Of a stretch of DNA of 64,000 nucleotides, positions 39,348-50,433 are shown piece by piece. Within the stretch, counting starts at the first letter, position 1; each line of letters starts with the position of its first letter. The notes beneath the pieces were generated by a model. That model was given only the letters and a program-made list of their open reading frames with translations. It did not search any database and was not told the DNA's origin. Made by a program: the position numbers and the translations under genes. The DNA comes from an uncultured virus (IMG/VR IMGVR_UViG_3300030109_004684) (Duplodnaviria > Heunggongvirae > Uroviricota > Caudoviricetes > Crassvirales): IMG/VR virus record IMGVR_UViG_3300030109_004684. One strand, 5' to 3'.

Positions 39348-42300
39348 TTAATCCGCTGTTGAATCCCAAACACCGTCAGCAGCACCATCTGTATTGCTGT
39401 CTATTTCTGTGTCTGGATTATAAGTTGTACTTTCGTTATTTTTTACTACAAATTTATATCTTCTAGTATCTCCAGATCCACTTACAGAGCTTGGTACACC
39501 AAGTCCTTGTACTGAAAATTCTTTTTGGTCCAAGTTACTAGAGGTTACAGATAAATCAATTTCATCATTTACATGTGAAGTTGTTTCACCTTTTAAATAG
39601 TTATACCATTTACCTTCTTTTTCTATAAAGTTTGGTATACTTGCTGTTTGTTCATTTGTTACAAAGTTATCTAAATACCAACCAGTAAAATCTTTTAAAT
39701 TATAATAATTACTATCTGTTAATTCTTTTGTTATTTTAGCTTGCGTGCCCTCGTAATTTACACTTGTAAAACTTTTTATACTTCCTGGTTGATCATTAAA
39801 TATAGCTGTTAAAGAAGACTCGTACTGTACACCATAAAAATTATTTCTAGTATCGTTAGAATATTCTTTCCATAAAGCACCAAACTTAAATGTATAAAAG
39901 TCATTGTTTATACTTAAACCGTTTTCTGGATCTATATCTCTAAAACTAACCCAACCTTTTGAATTTTCACTATATGATAAAGTATAAACAGTTGTTGTTG
40001 GTGCGGCATAAGCTTTTGCGTTGTTATCATTTTTAGGTACCTCAAATTGCTGTGTTATACTAACATTGTACAAAGATTTTCTATCATCAAAAGTTCCTAT
40101 TATTTTTTTAATAGTTGTTTGTGTACCGTCTACAGTGCCAGGTTTTAAATTATCAGCAAACCAATCATGCATACCTTGTGATGATATTGGTGTTACACCA
40201 TCATTTGATAATCTACAAACTTGACCTCTAGCCGCGTCTACAAAATAAGATCTAAAATTATCAATTGTAAATGATTCTGGGTTTTTAGTACCATAATCTC
40301 CTTGGTAAGTTGTTACCGATCCTAGCACTACACTTTTTGAAATTAAATCAGCACTACCATCAGCTTTAAATAAAGCATCTTTATCTGCTATTATACTAAA
40401 ACATTTATCTTCTGTAACAACAGCTAAATTTGTATCTCTACTTTTTACAACTTGTATAGAACCATGTCTAGGATTTAAGTCCTTTGTTATTTTTTTACCT
40501 GCTAAAAATTGATTTGTTTCGTTTATACCACTAACTGAATTGTATATACCAGAGTGTATTAAGCCTGTTGCTTTTCTTTCTTCTTCATAATGCTTTGCTA
40601 GTACAGTAGAAGCTTTAACACCATTTTTAATATAAGGTTGATTAAAGTCATCTCTTATTCTATTAGATTCAACACCATTACCAAAAGAATAACAATTGCT
40701 ATAAGCTAAATCAAACGTTTGTTTATGTGGCATTTTATCTGGATCTGTTTCTTGATCTCTAAGCGTACCATAAAAAGTTATTGTTAAATCACCTATAGCA
40801 GAAGCCTGTTTGGCTACTAGTCTATTTACAGCACCATCATCAGTTGTAAATGTAATTACATCATTCACACTAACCGCTTCGTCAATGGCGGTATCTAAAG
40901 TAACTGTTTGGCTACTCCAACTTTGAACTTTAGTAGTTACACCAAAAGCAACACCAGTTGTTACGCCAAAAACATTAGTTGGTTGTTTGTTAACAACAGC
41001 ACCTATTTTACCATACTGCTCATTAGTATCAGCGTCTAACACAAAAGGATATGCTTGACTAGCTTCATAGTAAATATCTAAACCAACATCTTCTTTAGGT
41101 TCTGTTTCCCATATAGCTGGATTTGTACTTGATAATCTACCATCAAAAGGATCAAACTGTTCTACAAACTCTATAACACCGTTGTTTCTATAATCTACAG
41201 CTGTACCCCACTCAGCACCGTTTGCTGTCGTGTGGTCGTATGGATGAAAACTAGTTCCGTTACCATTAGCGTTTCCAATACCAAAACCATCTCTATCTTC
41301 AATAATTAATTCAACAGACCATCTGTGGTTTGATCCGTGTTCAAAGTCATCATAACCAAAGTAACCAAGATTGTTTTCAGGATCGTAATTAAATCTACGA
41401 GGTAAAACCCTATGGCTTTTTACAGTATAAACTATTTGATCTGGATCATTTCTAAATCTAAACATCCTACCTGTTTGTAAAAAACTAACTATCTCAGCTT
41501 GATCCGTTTCATTTCCAATACTAAAATCATCAGGCATAGCGCCTCTATGTGTCATTTTACCAGTAAAAACACCTCTTTGACCGTCTTGATATACACCTGC
41601 GTATGACATCAATACAGCTGTACCTGGACCTGTTACCCCAGCTGGGTTAACGCTAGCTAAACTAGCATCAAATATACCGTGCTGCCCGTTTGCTATATTA
41701 GTTTGGTGATTAAAGTAACTAGTAGCGCCAAAACTACTAGGTGGTATTTGAGTATTATCCGTGCCTCCTTGGTTTTGTACATCTTCGTTAGCTGTTATAG
41801 CACTATCTATAAACCAACCCGAACCTCCCTGCGCGTAAGCTGTCCACCAGGCTGCGGTTGCTCTTCTTCTTCTACCCCTAATGTTTATTCTAAGACCTTC
41901 TTCTAAAGCTGATATTGCATCACTACCGCTAGAATTATCAGTAAAACCAGCAGGGTGGAAATGATAGTCTGAATCACCACCTGGATAATTCCCGTCAACA
42001 GCTTTTAAAAGGTATATATTACTACCAGAAGTAGCATCTGGACTATTTATCCCTAAACTGTTATAAGTTAAATAATTAGTATTCATAGCCATTACAACTT
42101 GAAATCTTTGGTTTTCACTTTGTGTAAGTATGTTTTCTTCTAATACTAAATCTCTATATATTTTAACAAAAAACCTTCCATCAAACTCTGGTTTTTTAAC
42201 TGGTATTCTAGTTACCATTTCTATTCTTATGTTGCTAACAGCATTACCTATAGTTTGACCTGGCGCTAAAAAATCTACATCAGGACCTAATATACCGTCA

Positions 42301-45131
42301 ACATTTATAGTGTGAAAACTAGGATCATCAAAAGACTGTTTTATAGACGCAACGTTATAGTACTTGCTAGTAACACCAGAAACATTAAATCTAATATAAA
42401 CTTGACCAGCGTAAAGCGCTTGTAAAATATTTGGGTCTAAACCAGCAGAACCACTTTGTGTTGTTGACATAGAGGTGTAAAACGGAGCTGCCGCTATATC
42501 AAACTCTGTGTATCCTTCAAAAGGAAAACCATTTGTTGTAGTTCTTACAATTTGAGTATAGTTAGGGAAATTTGCAGGATCAACTGTACCTATTAATTTT
42601 TGATCTAACGTTATAAACAATGGCGCTTCATTAGATATAGCAATAACTTTATATCTAGCAAGGTCTGATACAGGCACGTTGTTTTCATGCTGTTTTTTAA
42701 GTATTAAAAAAGTATCTTCATCAATTTTATTTCTCTCAGCAGAAGCAAAGCTAATCCAAACGTTACCATCTTCAGCGTTGTACCAACGATCCATTGCCAT
42801 GTTATAGTATTCGTTAGAAGTTTCTTTTACAAAAAATTTCCATGAGTGTGCAAAGTCAGGTGCTTCTGTAGATATTTGCGCTGTTAATTTATTTATTTTA
42901 AATGCTTCTTCTTTTTCAAGTTTTAACGTTGAATCTTTACCACCTGTAAGCACTGGTGTTTCTCTACCATATTCATCTCTATATACAACACCAAGTTGAT
43001 ATGTTCTTATTGTCTTTACAGACTTAAAAGCATCAGCACTAGGCATAGGATCAAAATTAGTTTCATTAGCAAATACTTGTCCTAATTCACTTAAAGTTGA
43101 TGTGGCTGATAATTTTACTTGTGGCAGTATCTCTACACCATTTTTTGATATATTAAAGTTCTGTAAATAATTTGCATACACAAGTCTATTAGCTACTATT
43201 TCTTGAGCTAATGCTTTTCTAGGTACATTGTCAAAAGGTCTTATTAATTGATCTTCTGGTAGTAAAGCGTGTATTAACTCTGATGTTAATTCATAAACAC
43301 CTCTTTCATATACACCTCCTGGCCATCTAGGTGATTCGTCTGATATTTTTATAGACTCAACAGTATATATCTGTGGCTTACCTTCTTCTTTATATAATAT
43401 ATCTATTTCAACAACATCTCTACCACGAGTTGAATCTTCAACAACATAATCAGTTATTTTTAAATTTCTTAACTGGTTAGTCATGCCAAGGTTGTAAGCT
43501 TGTACTGGTGCATAATTAAATTCACCAGGTTTAAAAGCTATTTCAGAGTATGGTGATATAACTGAATATTCACCATCTTTATATTTATATCTATACGCAA
43601 ATCTAACAAATTTATTTTCAAACAAAGGTCTACTTTGCTGTAGTCTACATCTGTAAGTAACTTCAGATGTTGGTACTGATTGGTCTATGCCAAGCACTAT
43701 GTATGTAAAAGCATCACCAGCGGCACCTGATAATATAGTATCTGGTGCACTATGACCTGATGGTACATCTTCTATACGTATTCTAACTTCATGTTCTATA
43801 AAAGTATCTTCGTCTGCATCTTCATCAGAAGTAAATATTAAAACATCACCAGGTCTAAAATCAACAGGTTCATTAAAAAATATTTCAAAAGGACCATCAC
43901 CAGCTGATAATAGTTCAGAGTTACCACTTACGGGGTTTACATCTGAAAAAGCAAAATCAATTATTGTTGATGTATTGTTGGCTACACCTGTTGTAGAGTT
44001 ATTTCTTTCTGCCTCTGTGATAGACATATCTAAGTGTGGAGGTGTTAAAGGTGCTTTTCTTAAAACTGTTATATGTTCTTCTTCTAAAAACACCGCTTTG
44101 TTACCAGCGAAATTAGTAACTACTTCTAAGTTAAAACCATCTATAGAAGAGACTAATCTAGTGTGAAAGTGATCGGTTCTATCACTTGTTGGAAAACCGT
44201 GTGTTGCGTCTAATTGAAAAAATAAATCTGAAGTAGGTGAGCCTGCTGCAAAACCAGCTGTACCTCCACCTTTTAAATACTCTGTACCACCAGTACCCAA
44301 AGCACATCTTTCAATATTTATTTTTTTAGGTTCAGTATGATTATCTGTCCAGAACAACATACCATCCATAACATTTATACCTGTTATTAATCTATCTTTG
44401 TGATAATTTAAAACTCTAGGCGCTGAAAATATTATGTTATCATCTTGAGATATTTCTATGTCTTTAGATAAAGATATTGCCCAATCAGAAGGACTACCAG
44501 CATCTTTAATAATATCAGTTACAAATACATCGTCTATTTCTGACACAGAATAAGTTTGTCCGTTAGCAACACTTGTGCCGTCTGGCGCTGTTATAGTACT
44601 ACCACTACCATTTGTAAAAAGTCCTGTTAGTTTCATACCTATTCTAACACCAGTAATATTAATAGTACTAGTACCCATATCTGGAATATGTACGTGATTT
44701 TTATTACTAGCATGGCTACCTGAAACTTCTTTTGTTACAACTTTATGTATATCAACAACAATGTATCTATAGTTGGTTGTTTGTATATTGTACTCTAAAA
44801 TATAATCTTTGTATACTTGTGCACCGCCAGTAAAGCTACCTGTTTCTGTTGTTATATTAGATGCTTCACCAGTTTCTGGACCGGTAACCATCCAGTATAT
44901 TTTATCGTTTTTATGATCAGCTATAGACCCAACACAATCAAAGTCATTGCTTGAAAAAATATCATCAAGCTTTGTGTTGCCTTTTACAGTTTGCACAGTA
45001 CCCACGTTTGATCCTTCAGATGTATTTATTTCTACGTTTTGCGCGTCTCTATATTCACCACTTGGGACAAGTCTTTCATCTATGTCCTTGTTCATTTTAC
45101 TAGCGCCAAACTGTCTTTTTATTTCTGGCAT
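39348..45131 (-). CDS. Large tail protein (stabilization/nozzle-like)
   Basis: N-terminus KMNKDIDERLVPSGEYRDAQN and LFWTDN..EPKKINI resemble tail stabilization proteins of Bacteroidota podoviruses; follows the tubular proteins. Confidence 0.7.
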   Translation of the reverse strand: MPEIKRQFGASKMNKDIDERLVPSGEYRDAQNVEINTSEGSNVGTVQTVKGNTKLDDIFSSNDFDCVGSIADHKNDKIYWMVTGPETGEASNITTETGSFTGGAQVYKDYILEYNIQTTNYRYIVVDIHKVVTKEVSGSHASNKNHVHIPDMGTSTINITGVRIGMKLTGLFTNGSGSTITAPDGTSVANGQTYSVSEIDDVFVTDIIKDAGSPSDWAISLSKDIEISQDDNIIFSAPRVLNYHKDRLITGINVMDGMLFWTDNHTEPKKINIERCALGTGGTEYLKGGGTAGFAAGSPTSDLFFQLDATHGFPTSDRTDHFHTRLVSSIDGFNLEVVTNFAGNKAVFLEEEHITVLRKAPLTPPHLDMSITEAERNNSTTGVANNTSTIIDFAFSDVNPVSGNSELLSAGDGPFEIFFNEPVDFRPGDVLIFTSDEDADEDTFIEHEVRIRIEDVPSGHSAPDTILSGAAGDAFTYIVLGIDQSVPTSEVTYRCRLQQSRPLFENKFVRFAYRYKYKDGEYSVISPYSEIAFKPGEFNYAPVQAYNLGMTNQLRNLKITDYVVEDSTRGRDVVEIDILYKEEGKPQIYTVESIKISDESPRWPGGVYERGVYELTSELIHALLPEDQLIRPFDNVPRKALAQEIVANRLVYANYLQNFNISKNGVEILPQVKLSATSTLSELGQVFANETNFDPMPSADAFKSVKTIRTYQLGVVYRDEYGRETPVLTGGKDSTLKLEKEEAFKINKLTAQISTEAPDFAHSWKFFVKETSNEYYNMAMDRWYNAEDGNVWISFASAERNKIDEDTFLILKKQHENNVPVSDLARYKVIAISNEAPLFITLDQKLIGTVDPANFPNYTQIVRTTTNGFPFEGYTEFDIAAAPFYTSMSTTQSGSAGLDPNILQALYAGQVYIRFNVSGVTSKYYNVASIKQSFDDPSFHTINVDGILGPDVDFLAPGQTIGNAVSNIRIEMVTRIPVKKPEFDGRFFVKIYRDLVLEENILTQSENQRFQVVMAMNTNYLTYNSLGINSPDATSGSNIYLLKAVDGNYPGGDSDYHFHPAGFTDNSSGSDAISALEEGLRINIRGRRRRATAAWWTAYAQGGSGWFIDSAITANEDVQNQGGTDNTQIPPSSFGATSYFNHQTNIANGQHGIFDASLASVNPAGVTGPGTAVLMSYAGVYQDGQRGVFTGKMTHRGAMPDDFSIGNETDQAEIVSFLQTGRMFRFRNDPDQIVYTVKSHRVLPRRFNYDPENNLGYFGYDDFEHGSNHRWSVELIIEDRDGFGIGNANGNGTSFHPYDHTTANGAEWGTAVDYRNNGVIEFVEQFDPFDGRLSSTNPAIWETEPKEDVGLDIYYEASQAYPFVLDADTNEQYGKIGAVVNKQPTNVFGVTTGVAFGVTTKVQSWSSQTVTLDTAIDEAVSVNDVITFTTDDGAVNRLVAKQASAIGDLTITFYGTLRDQETDPDKMPHKQTFDLAYSNCYSFGNGVESNRIRDDFNQPYIKNGVKASTVLAKHYEEERKATGLIHSGIYNSVSGINETNQFLAGKKITKDLNPRHGSIQVVKSRDTNLAVVTEDKCFSIIADKDALFKADGSADLISKSVVLGSVTTYQGDYGTKNPESFTIDNFRSYFVDAARGQVCRLSNDGVTPISSQGMHDWFADNLKPGTVDGTQTTIKKIIGTFDDRKSLYNVSITQQFEVPKNDNNAKAYAAPTTTVYTLSYSENSKGWVSFRDIDPENGLSINNDFYTFKFGALWKEYSNDTRNNFYGVQYESSLTAIFNDQPGSIKSFTSVNYEGTQAKITKELTDSNYYNLKDFTGWYLDNFVTNEQTASIPNFIEKEGKWYNYLKGETTSHVNDEIDLSVTSSNLDQKEFSVQGLGVPSSVSGSGDTRRYKFVVKNNESTTYNPDTEIDSNTDGAADGVWDSTAD

Positions 45132-45135
45132 TTAA

Positions 45136-46062
45136 TTAGTGTTTTATCCATTTAGACTTACCTCTCATTATTTGTGTAAGTTCACCTATTTTTAAATTTG
45201 ATAATCTTAATTTTGCTTTACGTTGTTCTGCAAATCTTTCTTTTTTAAGTAACGCCAACATACTTGGATTACTATCGTTCCTAGCGCTTAACACCCCATA
45301 CGCTATATATTTATAAATTGCTTCTTCAGCAAATTTGTGTATTTTTGTAGCACTTAAATCTAGAGCTGTGTTAGCAGCATTTGTTACTAGACCATCGCTA
45401 ATGTATTTTAATATTAATGTTTTTCCTGATAAGTTTGAGCTAAAATGAAATTTACCAGCATCTTCATCTATGTAAAACGATCCATTTACTTGAGCGTGTT
45501 CTGGGCTAATACCAAACCTACCACCAGGATAAGGCCAATATGTATCATCATCATAGTCGTCTATTTCATTTATCGTAGTATCTCCTGATTTGTAATTTTC
45601 ATAAGTTGTAGACGTATCATTACCATCACTATCAACTGTACCGTCTAAATCTTCATTAGCGCCATCTGTAGCAAAACCACCAAAGTTAGTTATTGATTCT
45701 TCTATTTTTTTAGGATTAGAAGTGTATCTTGTAGGATATATAATATGTTCTATACCAGAAGCGTCACTCCAAGCTAATTTTGTATAGTTAACATAATCAA
45801 CAGGCATAACCATAACTAATGTAGCTGGAACAACTATTTCCCAGTCTTTAGTACACTTTAACGTATCGTAACTTAATTCTTGTATACCTCTTGTTGCGAA
45901 AAAAGTTACATCTGTATCTAGCACATTTTGACATATTTTATTTTCACCAACATATGTTGCTTTAAATGTATCTATAATTTCTTGTAAACTTATAAACTGA
46001 TAACTACCATGATCGCCACCAGTTGCATAATAAGCTTGTTCGTCATTTGTTATTATTGCCAT
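45136..46062 (-). CDS. Tail tubular/ring protein (putative)
   Basis: Position, plus MPVDYVNYTKL and LKYISDGL segments. Confidence 0.6.
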   Translation of the reverse strand: MAIITNDEQAYYATGGDHGSYQFISLQEIIDTFKATYVGENKICQNVLDTDVTFFATRGIQELSYDTLKCTKDWEIVVPATLVMVMPVDYVNYTKLAWSDASGIEHIIYPTRYTSNPKKIEESITNFGGFATDGANEDLDGTVDSDGNDTSTTYENYKSGDTTINEIDDYDDDTYWPYPGGRFGISPEHAQVNGSFYIDEDAGKFHFSSNLSGKTLILKYISDGLVTNAANTALDLSATKIHKFAEEAIYKYIAYGVLSARNDSNPSMLALLKKERFAEQRKAKLRLSNLKIGELTQIMRGKSKWIKH

Positions 46063-46065
46063 GTA

Positions 46066-46797
46066 TTATTGTTTTACTTTTTGTTCTACTTGTGTTGCTT
46101 TTGTGCTACCTAAAGTAGCTACATCTGGACTATTGATTATTACACCAGATAATTCTAGTATTTTAAAAACTAAAAGCCCACCTTCTACCTTGTGTAATTC
46201 AAAGTCTTGTAAGTCACTAGCTGATGCATTATATAAAGCTTGGTTGTTTACTACTGTATAAGCCCAGTTAACTGTTTTTGGTATTCTAAAACACTCAACA
46301 GTAACGTTAGATGTTTTTTCAGTAGTAGAACCAGCGTATACAACTATATCTCTACCTGTAACTCTATTATCTGCATATATTGGATCTGTATCAATCATAT
46401 GTCTAACAGACTTTTTTAATCTTTCAGCTTCATTAATTGTAACCTTTCTACAAACTTGATCGTTAAAAAAAACTTGACCATATTGAAATATATCAATAGC
46501 AGCACCACTTACAGTTGTAGTTGCTGGAAACGTATGTCCGCTTGTTACGGGTAAACTTTCTTTAAAAGGGGATAATTTTCTGTCGATTAACTCAGATATA
46601 TTAGTTTCGTCAGTTTCAGGATTAACTACAGGTTCTAATCTTTCTCTTGTGTTTTTGTCAAAAAAGTAAGATTGAAATATAGACATTTGAGCTTGGTTTG
46701 CAAGTAAGTTAAACTCTTGAGGTGTAATATAACCTCTTTGTTCTTTATTAGCTATTGCTAAAACTCTTTGATATATTGTATCTACACTTATAGCCAT
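46066..46797 (-). CDS. Head-tail adaptor/tubular protein (putative)
   Basis: NKEQRGYITPQEFNLLANQAQ; located downstream of the capsid gene. Confidence 0.6.
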   Translation of the reverse strand: MAISVDTIYQRVLAIANKEQRGYITPQEFNLLANQAQMSIFQSYFFDKNTRERLEPVVNPETDETNISELIDRKLSPFKESLPVTSGHTFPATTTVSGAAIDIFQYGQVFFNDQVCRKVTINEAERLKKSVRHMIDTDPIYADNRVTGRDIVVYAGSTTEKTSNVTVECFRIPKTVNWAYTVVNNQALYNASASDLQDFELHKVEGGLLVFKILELSGVIINSPDVATLGSTKATQVEQKVKQ

Positions 46798-46819
46798 TAT
46801 ATTTTTTTATTTTTGTATT

Positions 46820-46845
46820 TGCAATCGCCCCGTAGAGCGACTGCA
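46820..46845 (-). other. Stable stem-loop with a cUACGg tetraloop and no U-tract
   Basis: The - strand reads TGCAGTCGCTC-TACG-GGGCGATTGCA, followed by A-rich sequence. Confidence 0.65.
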
Positions 46846-46857
46846 TCTACAAGTTGA

Positions 46858-47661
46858 TTATTTTAATCTTTTTTCTATTTGAGAATAAACCTCAACACCT
46901 TCATCAGTTTTAAACCAAGCGGCTAAAGCTGAATATGGATTTTCATCAAATGGAACCGTCATTAGTTTTCTACCAGTACTTTTCCAAGTGAAAGTTCTTT
47001 GATCTTGAGATAACTCTATAATATGAGCCTCACAAGATTTAACCGCCATATTTCTTAGTTCTATATTTTCATCAGTAACTAATTCTAAGAATAATTGTGG
47101 TTTTCTTTTAGCAAATAATAGTAAATCTCTTTTAAGTTCCTTAGAACTCATCTTAGACACTTCAGAACCTACTTCTACACGCATGATAGCTTCCATCATA
47201 TCAATATCTAAATTATTCGCTGCATTCATAGCTGCTATTTCAAATTCTAACCAGTCTAAGTGATCTTCTGCTCTTTCAACAGGTTTATCTTCATAAAAAA
47301 TAACATCTTTATCTGGGTGGTACATTGAAAGAAATTTTTGTAATACTACTTTTTCTTTTGGAAGATATAAATTACCACCTCTAAAAATAATGTGTGATAA
47401 TCTTTGATCTCCTTTCATTTCATCTACAAAAACTGTTTTTTGGTTTTCACAGTATTTTATTTCTCTTTCATAACCTTTTTCTTCATCAAACCAAAATAAG
47501 TTTGCTGATCTAATGCTTCTTGATATAGGTTTTTTACTACCTTTTAGATAATACAATCTATCTTTTATTTCCCAGGTATCTTTTTTTGGCATTGGTGTTT
47601 CAACTACAGGAGTATCAACAACAGGTGCCACTTCTTTTTTTGTTTGTTTTTTCTTTGCCAT
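46858..47661 (-). CDS. Conserved hypothetical protein downstream of the capsid gene
   Basis: 267-aa ORF in the virion block. Confidence 0.8.
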   Translation of the reverse strand: MAKKKQTKKEVAPVVDTPVVETPMPKKDTWEIKDRLYYLKGSKKPISRSIRSANLFWFDEEKGYEREIKYCENQKTVFVDEMKGDQRLSHIIFRGGNLYLPKEKVVLQKFLSMYHPDKDVIFYEDKPVERAEDHLDWLEFEIAAMNAANNLDIDMMEAIMRVEVGSEVSKMSSKELKRDLLLFAKRKPQLFLELVTDENIELRNMAVKSCEAHIIELSQDQRTFTWKSTGRKLMTVPFDENPYSALAAWFKTDEGVEVYSQIEKRLK

Positions 47662-47683
47662 AATATAATATATAATAAAATTA

Positions 47684-47722
47684 ATAAAAATAAAGGGTCG
47701 AGGCCGAAGCCCCGACTCTTTA
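47684..47722 (-). terminator. Intrinsic terminator after the major capsid gene
   Basis: The - strand reads AAGAGTCGGGGC-TTCG-GCCTCGACCCTTT-ATTTTT (UUCG tetraloop plus U-rich tail). Confidence 0.85.
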
Positions 47723-47734
47723 AAATAATTGTGC

Positions 47735-49228
47735 TTACTTCATTAACATGAAATTGTTAGCACCTTGTACAACTAAACATCTTTCAGATAAGTAATGTAT
47801 TTGCATTGCATCTAAAGCAGATGTAGTAGCTCCTACAGAACCAGTAACCCAAGTTTTCATTTTTCTATTGTCAGTTTGAGAAGCTCTAAATCTAACATGT
47901 AAAAATGGTCGCTTAAGGTTTTTACCTAATGATTGGTCATAAACAGTTGATACACCAGCTGGAATAATAACCCCACGGATAGCTGCGCTACCTGCTACGT
48001 CATTAATACCACCTCTTGTAGCTTTGTCATTTAAGTATCTAAAGTCAGACTTGTAGAAGTCATAAGAACCTCTTCGGAAACCAGAGAAACCTAAATTAAG
48101 TGCCATATCTTCTTCGTTGTCAAATACACCGTAAGAAGTACCACCAGCACCATAAGAGTTCATTGAAGCTAACATATCATCCATTGCTAAACTAGTAGCT
48201 CTGTTTACAAACATCATGTTTTCTTCAATAGCACCTTGCTTATCAAACTCAGCAAGTATCGCATCAAACTCAGCTAAATCAGTAGCAGCGTTAACACCAG
48301 TAACGCCAGAAGTTATATTACCTCTAGCCTCAATAGCTGCAAATAAACCTTCAGTACCAGCACCACCAGCTCCTGCGTCAGCAGCACCTCTAATTTGTCC
48401 GTCATCACCAAAACCAATAACAGAGTTAGCAACTGTTTTCTCAGCTTCTAACATTGTCATTTCTAAATAATCAGTGAAACGAGCTCTAGTGTCTCCTTCA
48501 GCTTTTAAGTACCATAAGTAACCAGATTGTCCTTCTTCACCAGATATTTCAACCCAACCAATTTGAGATGCATCAGATCCAGAGATCTCATAGTAATCTT
48601 TCATAATGATTGGCTTGTTAGTAAATGATTTGAAAGTTGGTGTTAAAGCTGTTCTTTTGTCAGATTTGAACGTACCAGTTTTATCAGTGTAAGATTGTCC
48701 TTTTCCATACTCAGAACCTATAACTAATAAAGTAGATCCACTAGCTGTTGTAGCATGACCAGTTAAATCAGCTTTATCATAAGGCTCAACTGTAACAACA
48801 GCTGAATCTGGAGTTTCTACTACTAAACACTTAGTAACGATACCAGCACTTGCAATAAGTACAATATCATTAGTTCTAATACCGTGAGTAGTAGTTAATG
48901 CATTACCATCAATATCAGTAACAACAGTAAACGTACCATTTGTATCACCTGCTGTAGCTACTGTACCTTTGTAAGATAAATGTAATCTTGACTGCTCAGA
49001 CCAAATAACTTGATCAGCTGTCATAGATTCTTCAGCCCCAACTTGTGATAAGAAACCTGAAATAGTTCTCGGTCCGAAAACCTCAGCTTCTTTCTCCATT
49101 AGGTCTGGTAAATATTGTTGTGCCCACCCTGCGGTATCAGCACTTGTAAAATCAATGTAATTTGAAGATAGCGTTTGTTGCTGCGAAGCAGCTACACTAT
49201 TCAAATCACTTCCTGCCGTAATTGCCAT
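47735..49228 (-). CDS. Major capsid protein
   Basis: 497 aa; order portal-scaffold-this gene; followed by a strong terminator; composition typical of a capsid protein. Confidence 0.8.
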   Translation of the reverse strand: MAITAGSDLNSVAASQQQTLSSNYIDFTSADTAGWAQQYLPDLMEKEAEVFGPRTISGFLSQVGAEESMTADQVIWSEQSRLHLSYKGTVATAGDTNGTFTVVTDIDGNALTTTHGIRTNDIVLIASAGIVTKCLVVETPDSAVVTVEPYDKADLTGHATTASGSTLLVIGSEYGKGQSYTDKTGTFKSDKRTALTPTFKSFTNKPIIMKDYYEISGSDASQIGWVEISGEEGQSGYLWYLKAEGDTRARFTDYLEMTMLEAEKTVANSVIGFGDDGQIRGAADAGAGGAGTEGLFAAIEARGNITSGVTGVNAATDLAEFDAILAEFDKQGAIEENMMFVNRATSLAMDDMLASMNSYGAGGTSYGVFDNEEDMALNLGFSGFRRGSYDFYKSDFRYLNDKATRGGINDVAGSAAIRGVIIPAGVSTVYDQSLGKNLKRPFLHVRFRASQTDNRKMKTWVTGSVGATTSALDAMQIHYLSERCLVVQGANNFMLMK

Positions 49229-49248
49229 AATTTTTAAATTTTAAATTG

Positions 49249-50403
49249 TTATTTATTTTTTTTTCTAATTTTAAACTTAAAATCATTAGAGTTATTTCCT
49301 AACGCTCTAACTTTTAAACCTGAATTTACAATAGTATCACTATGTGATTCTCTTGGGTTCATGTCTATATTTTTAGATTTAGCAACACTATCTTTTAAAG
49401 CATCAGCTTTGCCTTGCTCGTAAAAATGTTTCGCTATTGCATCGGAGTTCATAGCAGTATATAAAGCTTTGTGATAGCCTTTAGCATCTTCTATTTGGTT
49501 ATTGTCATTAAGAAACTTTCCAATGAAATTACCAATATCGCTTTGTTTTTCTTTTATTTCACCAGCATTATTAACATTAAACCTAAATCTTTTATCTCCA
49601 ACGCTATATTCAAAACCTTTGAACTCATCGTTAAAAACTGTATCTGTTTTTTGTTTAAATGCTGAATGAGCTTGTTCTTCTGCTTGTTTTAACTCTTCAG
49701 ATTCTTTGTTATATCTATTGAAGAAATCAACAGCTTTCTTTGCTTCGTCTGGAAGCTTAGAACCCATTTTAATATCTTCATAGTATTTGGACTTTAGCCC
49801 GTCCAGATGGCTTTTAGCGCTGGCAACTTGCTCTTTTAACGCTAATTTTTTTCTTTTTATTTCTTTTTCCTCATCAGAATCCTCGTTGTAAGAAAACTGA
49901 TCTTCCATTAAAAAATCAATTTCATCTGTTTTTAAATGAGGTTTTGTTGTTTTATAATATTCTTTAAGTAAAGTGTGGTTATCCATATCAGAATAATCTT
50001 TATTTAACTTTACATAATCGTTTATATTACCACCAGTTTCCTTCATGAAACTAACAAGCTTTTCTACATTTTCTGGTAAAACAGGTTTTTCTGGTTGTTT
50101 TACTTCTTGTTTTACAGGTGCTGGTTTTGGTTCTACTTTTTTCTCATTTGTTACTTCTTCAACAACTGGAGCTTGTTTTGTTTCAGTAGTTTTTTCTTCA
50201 ACTGGTTTTTCTTGGGCCTTTATATCTTCAACTGGTTTTTTTAAATCTACCTTGGTTATTTCTTCGGCCTTTTCTTTTAATTCTTTTAAATCAACTTTAA
50301 CAGGTCCACTGTCTTGTTGTTTAAATACTTTCTTTTTAGGTTTTTTAACCTTCAATTTTTCTACTGTATCGTCTACAATAGGTTGTTCTTTTTTTTCTGC
50401 CAT
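49249..50403 (-). CDS. Scaffolding-like protein
   Basis: E/K/P-rich disordered N-terminus and helical remainder; lies between portal and capsid genes. Confidence 0.65.
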   Translation of the reverse strand: MAEKKEQPIVDDTVEKLKVKKPKKKVFKQQDSGPVKVDLKELKEKAEEITKVDLKKPVEDIKAQEKPVEEKTTETKQAPVVEEVTNEKKVEPKPAPVKQEVKQPEKPVLPENVEKLVSFMKETGGNINDYVKLNKDYSDMDNHTLLKEYYKTTKPHLKTDEIDFLMEDQFSYNEDSDEEKEIKRKKLALKEQVASAKSHLDGLKSKYYEDIKMGSKLPDEAKKAVDFFNRYNKESEELKQAEEQAHSAFKQKTDTVFNDEFKGFEYSVGDKRFRFNVNNAGEIKEKQSDIGNFIGKFLNDNNQIEDAKGYHKALYTAMNSDAIAKHFYEQGKADALKDSVAKSKNIDMNPRESHSDTIVNSGLKVRALGNNSNDFKFKIRKKNK

Positions 50404-50433
50404 AATAAAATATTATATAATTAATAAAATTGT

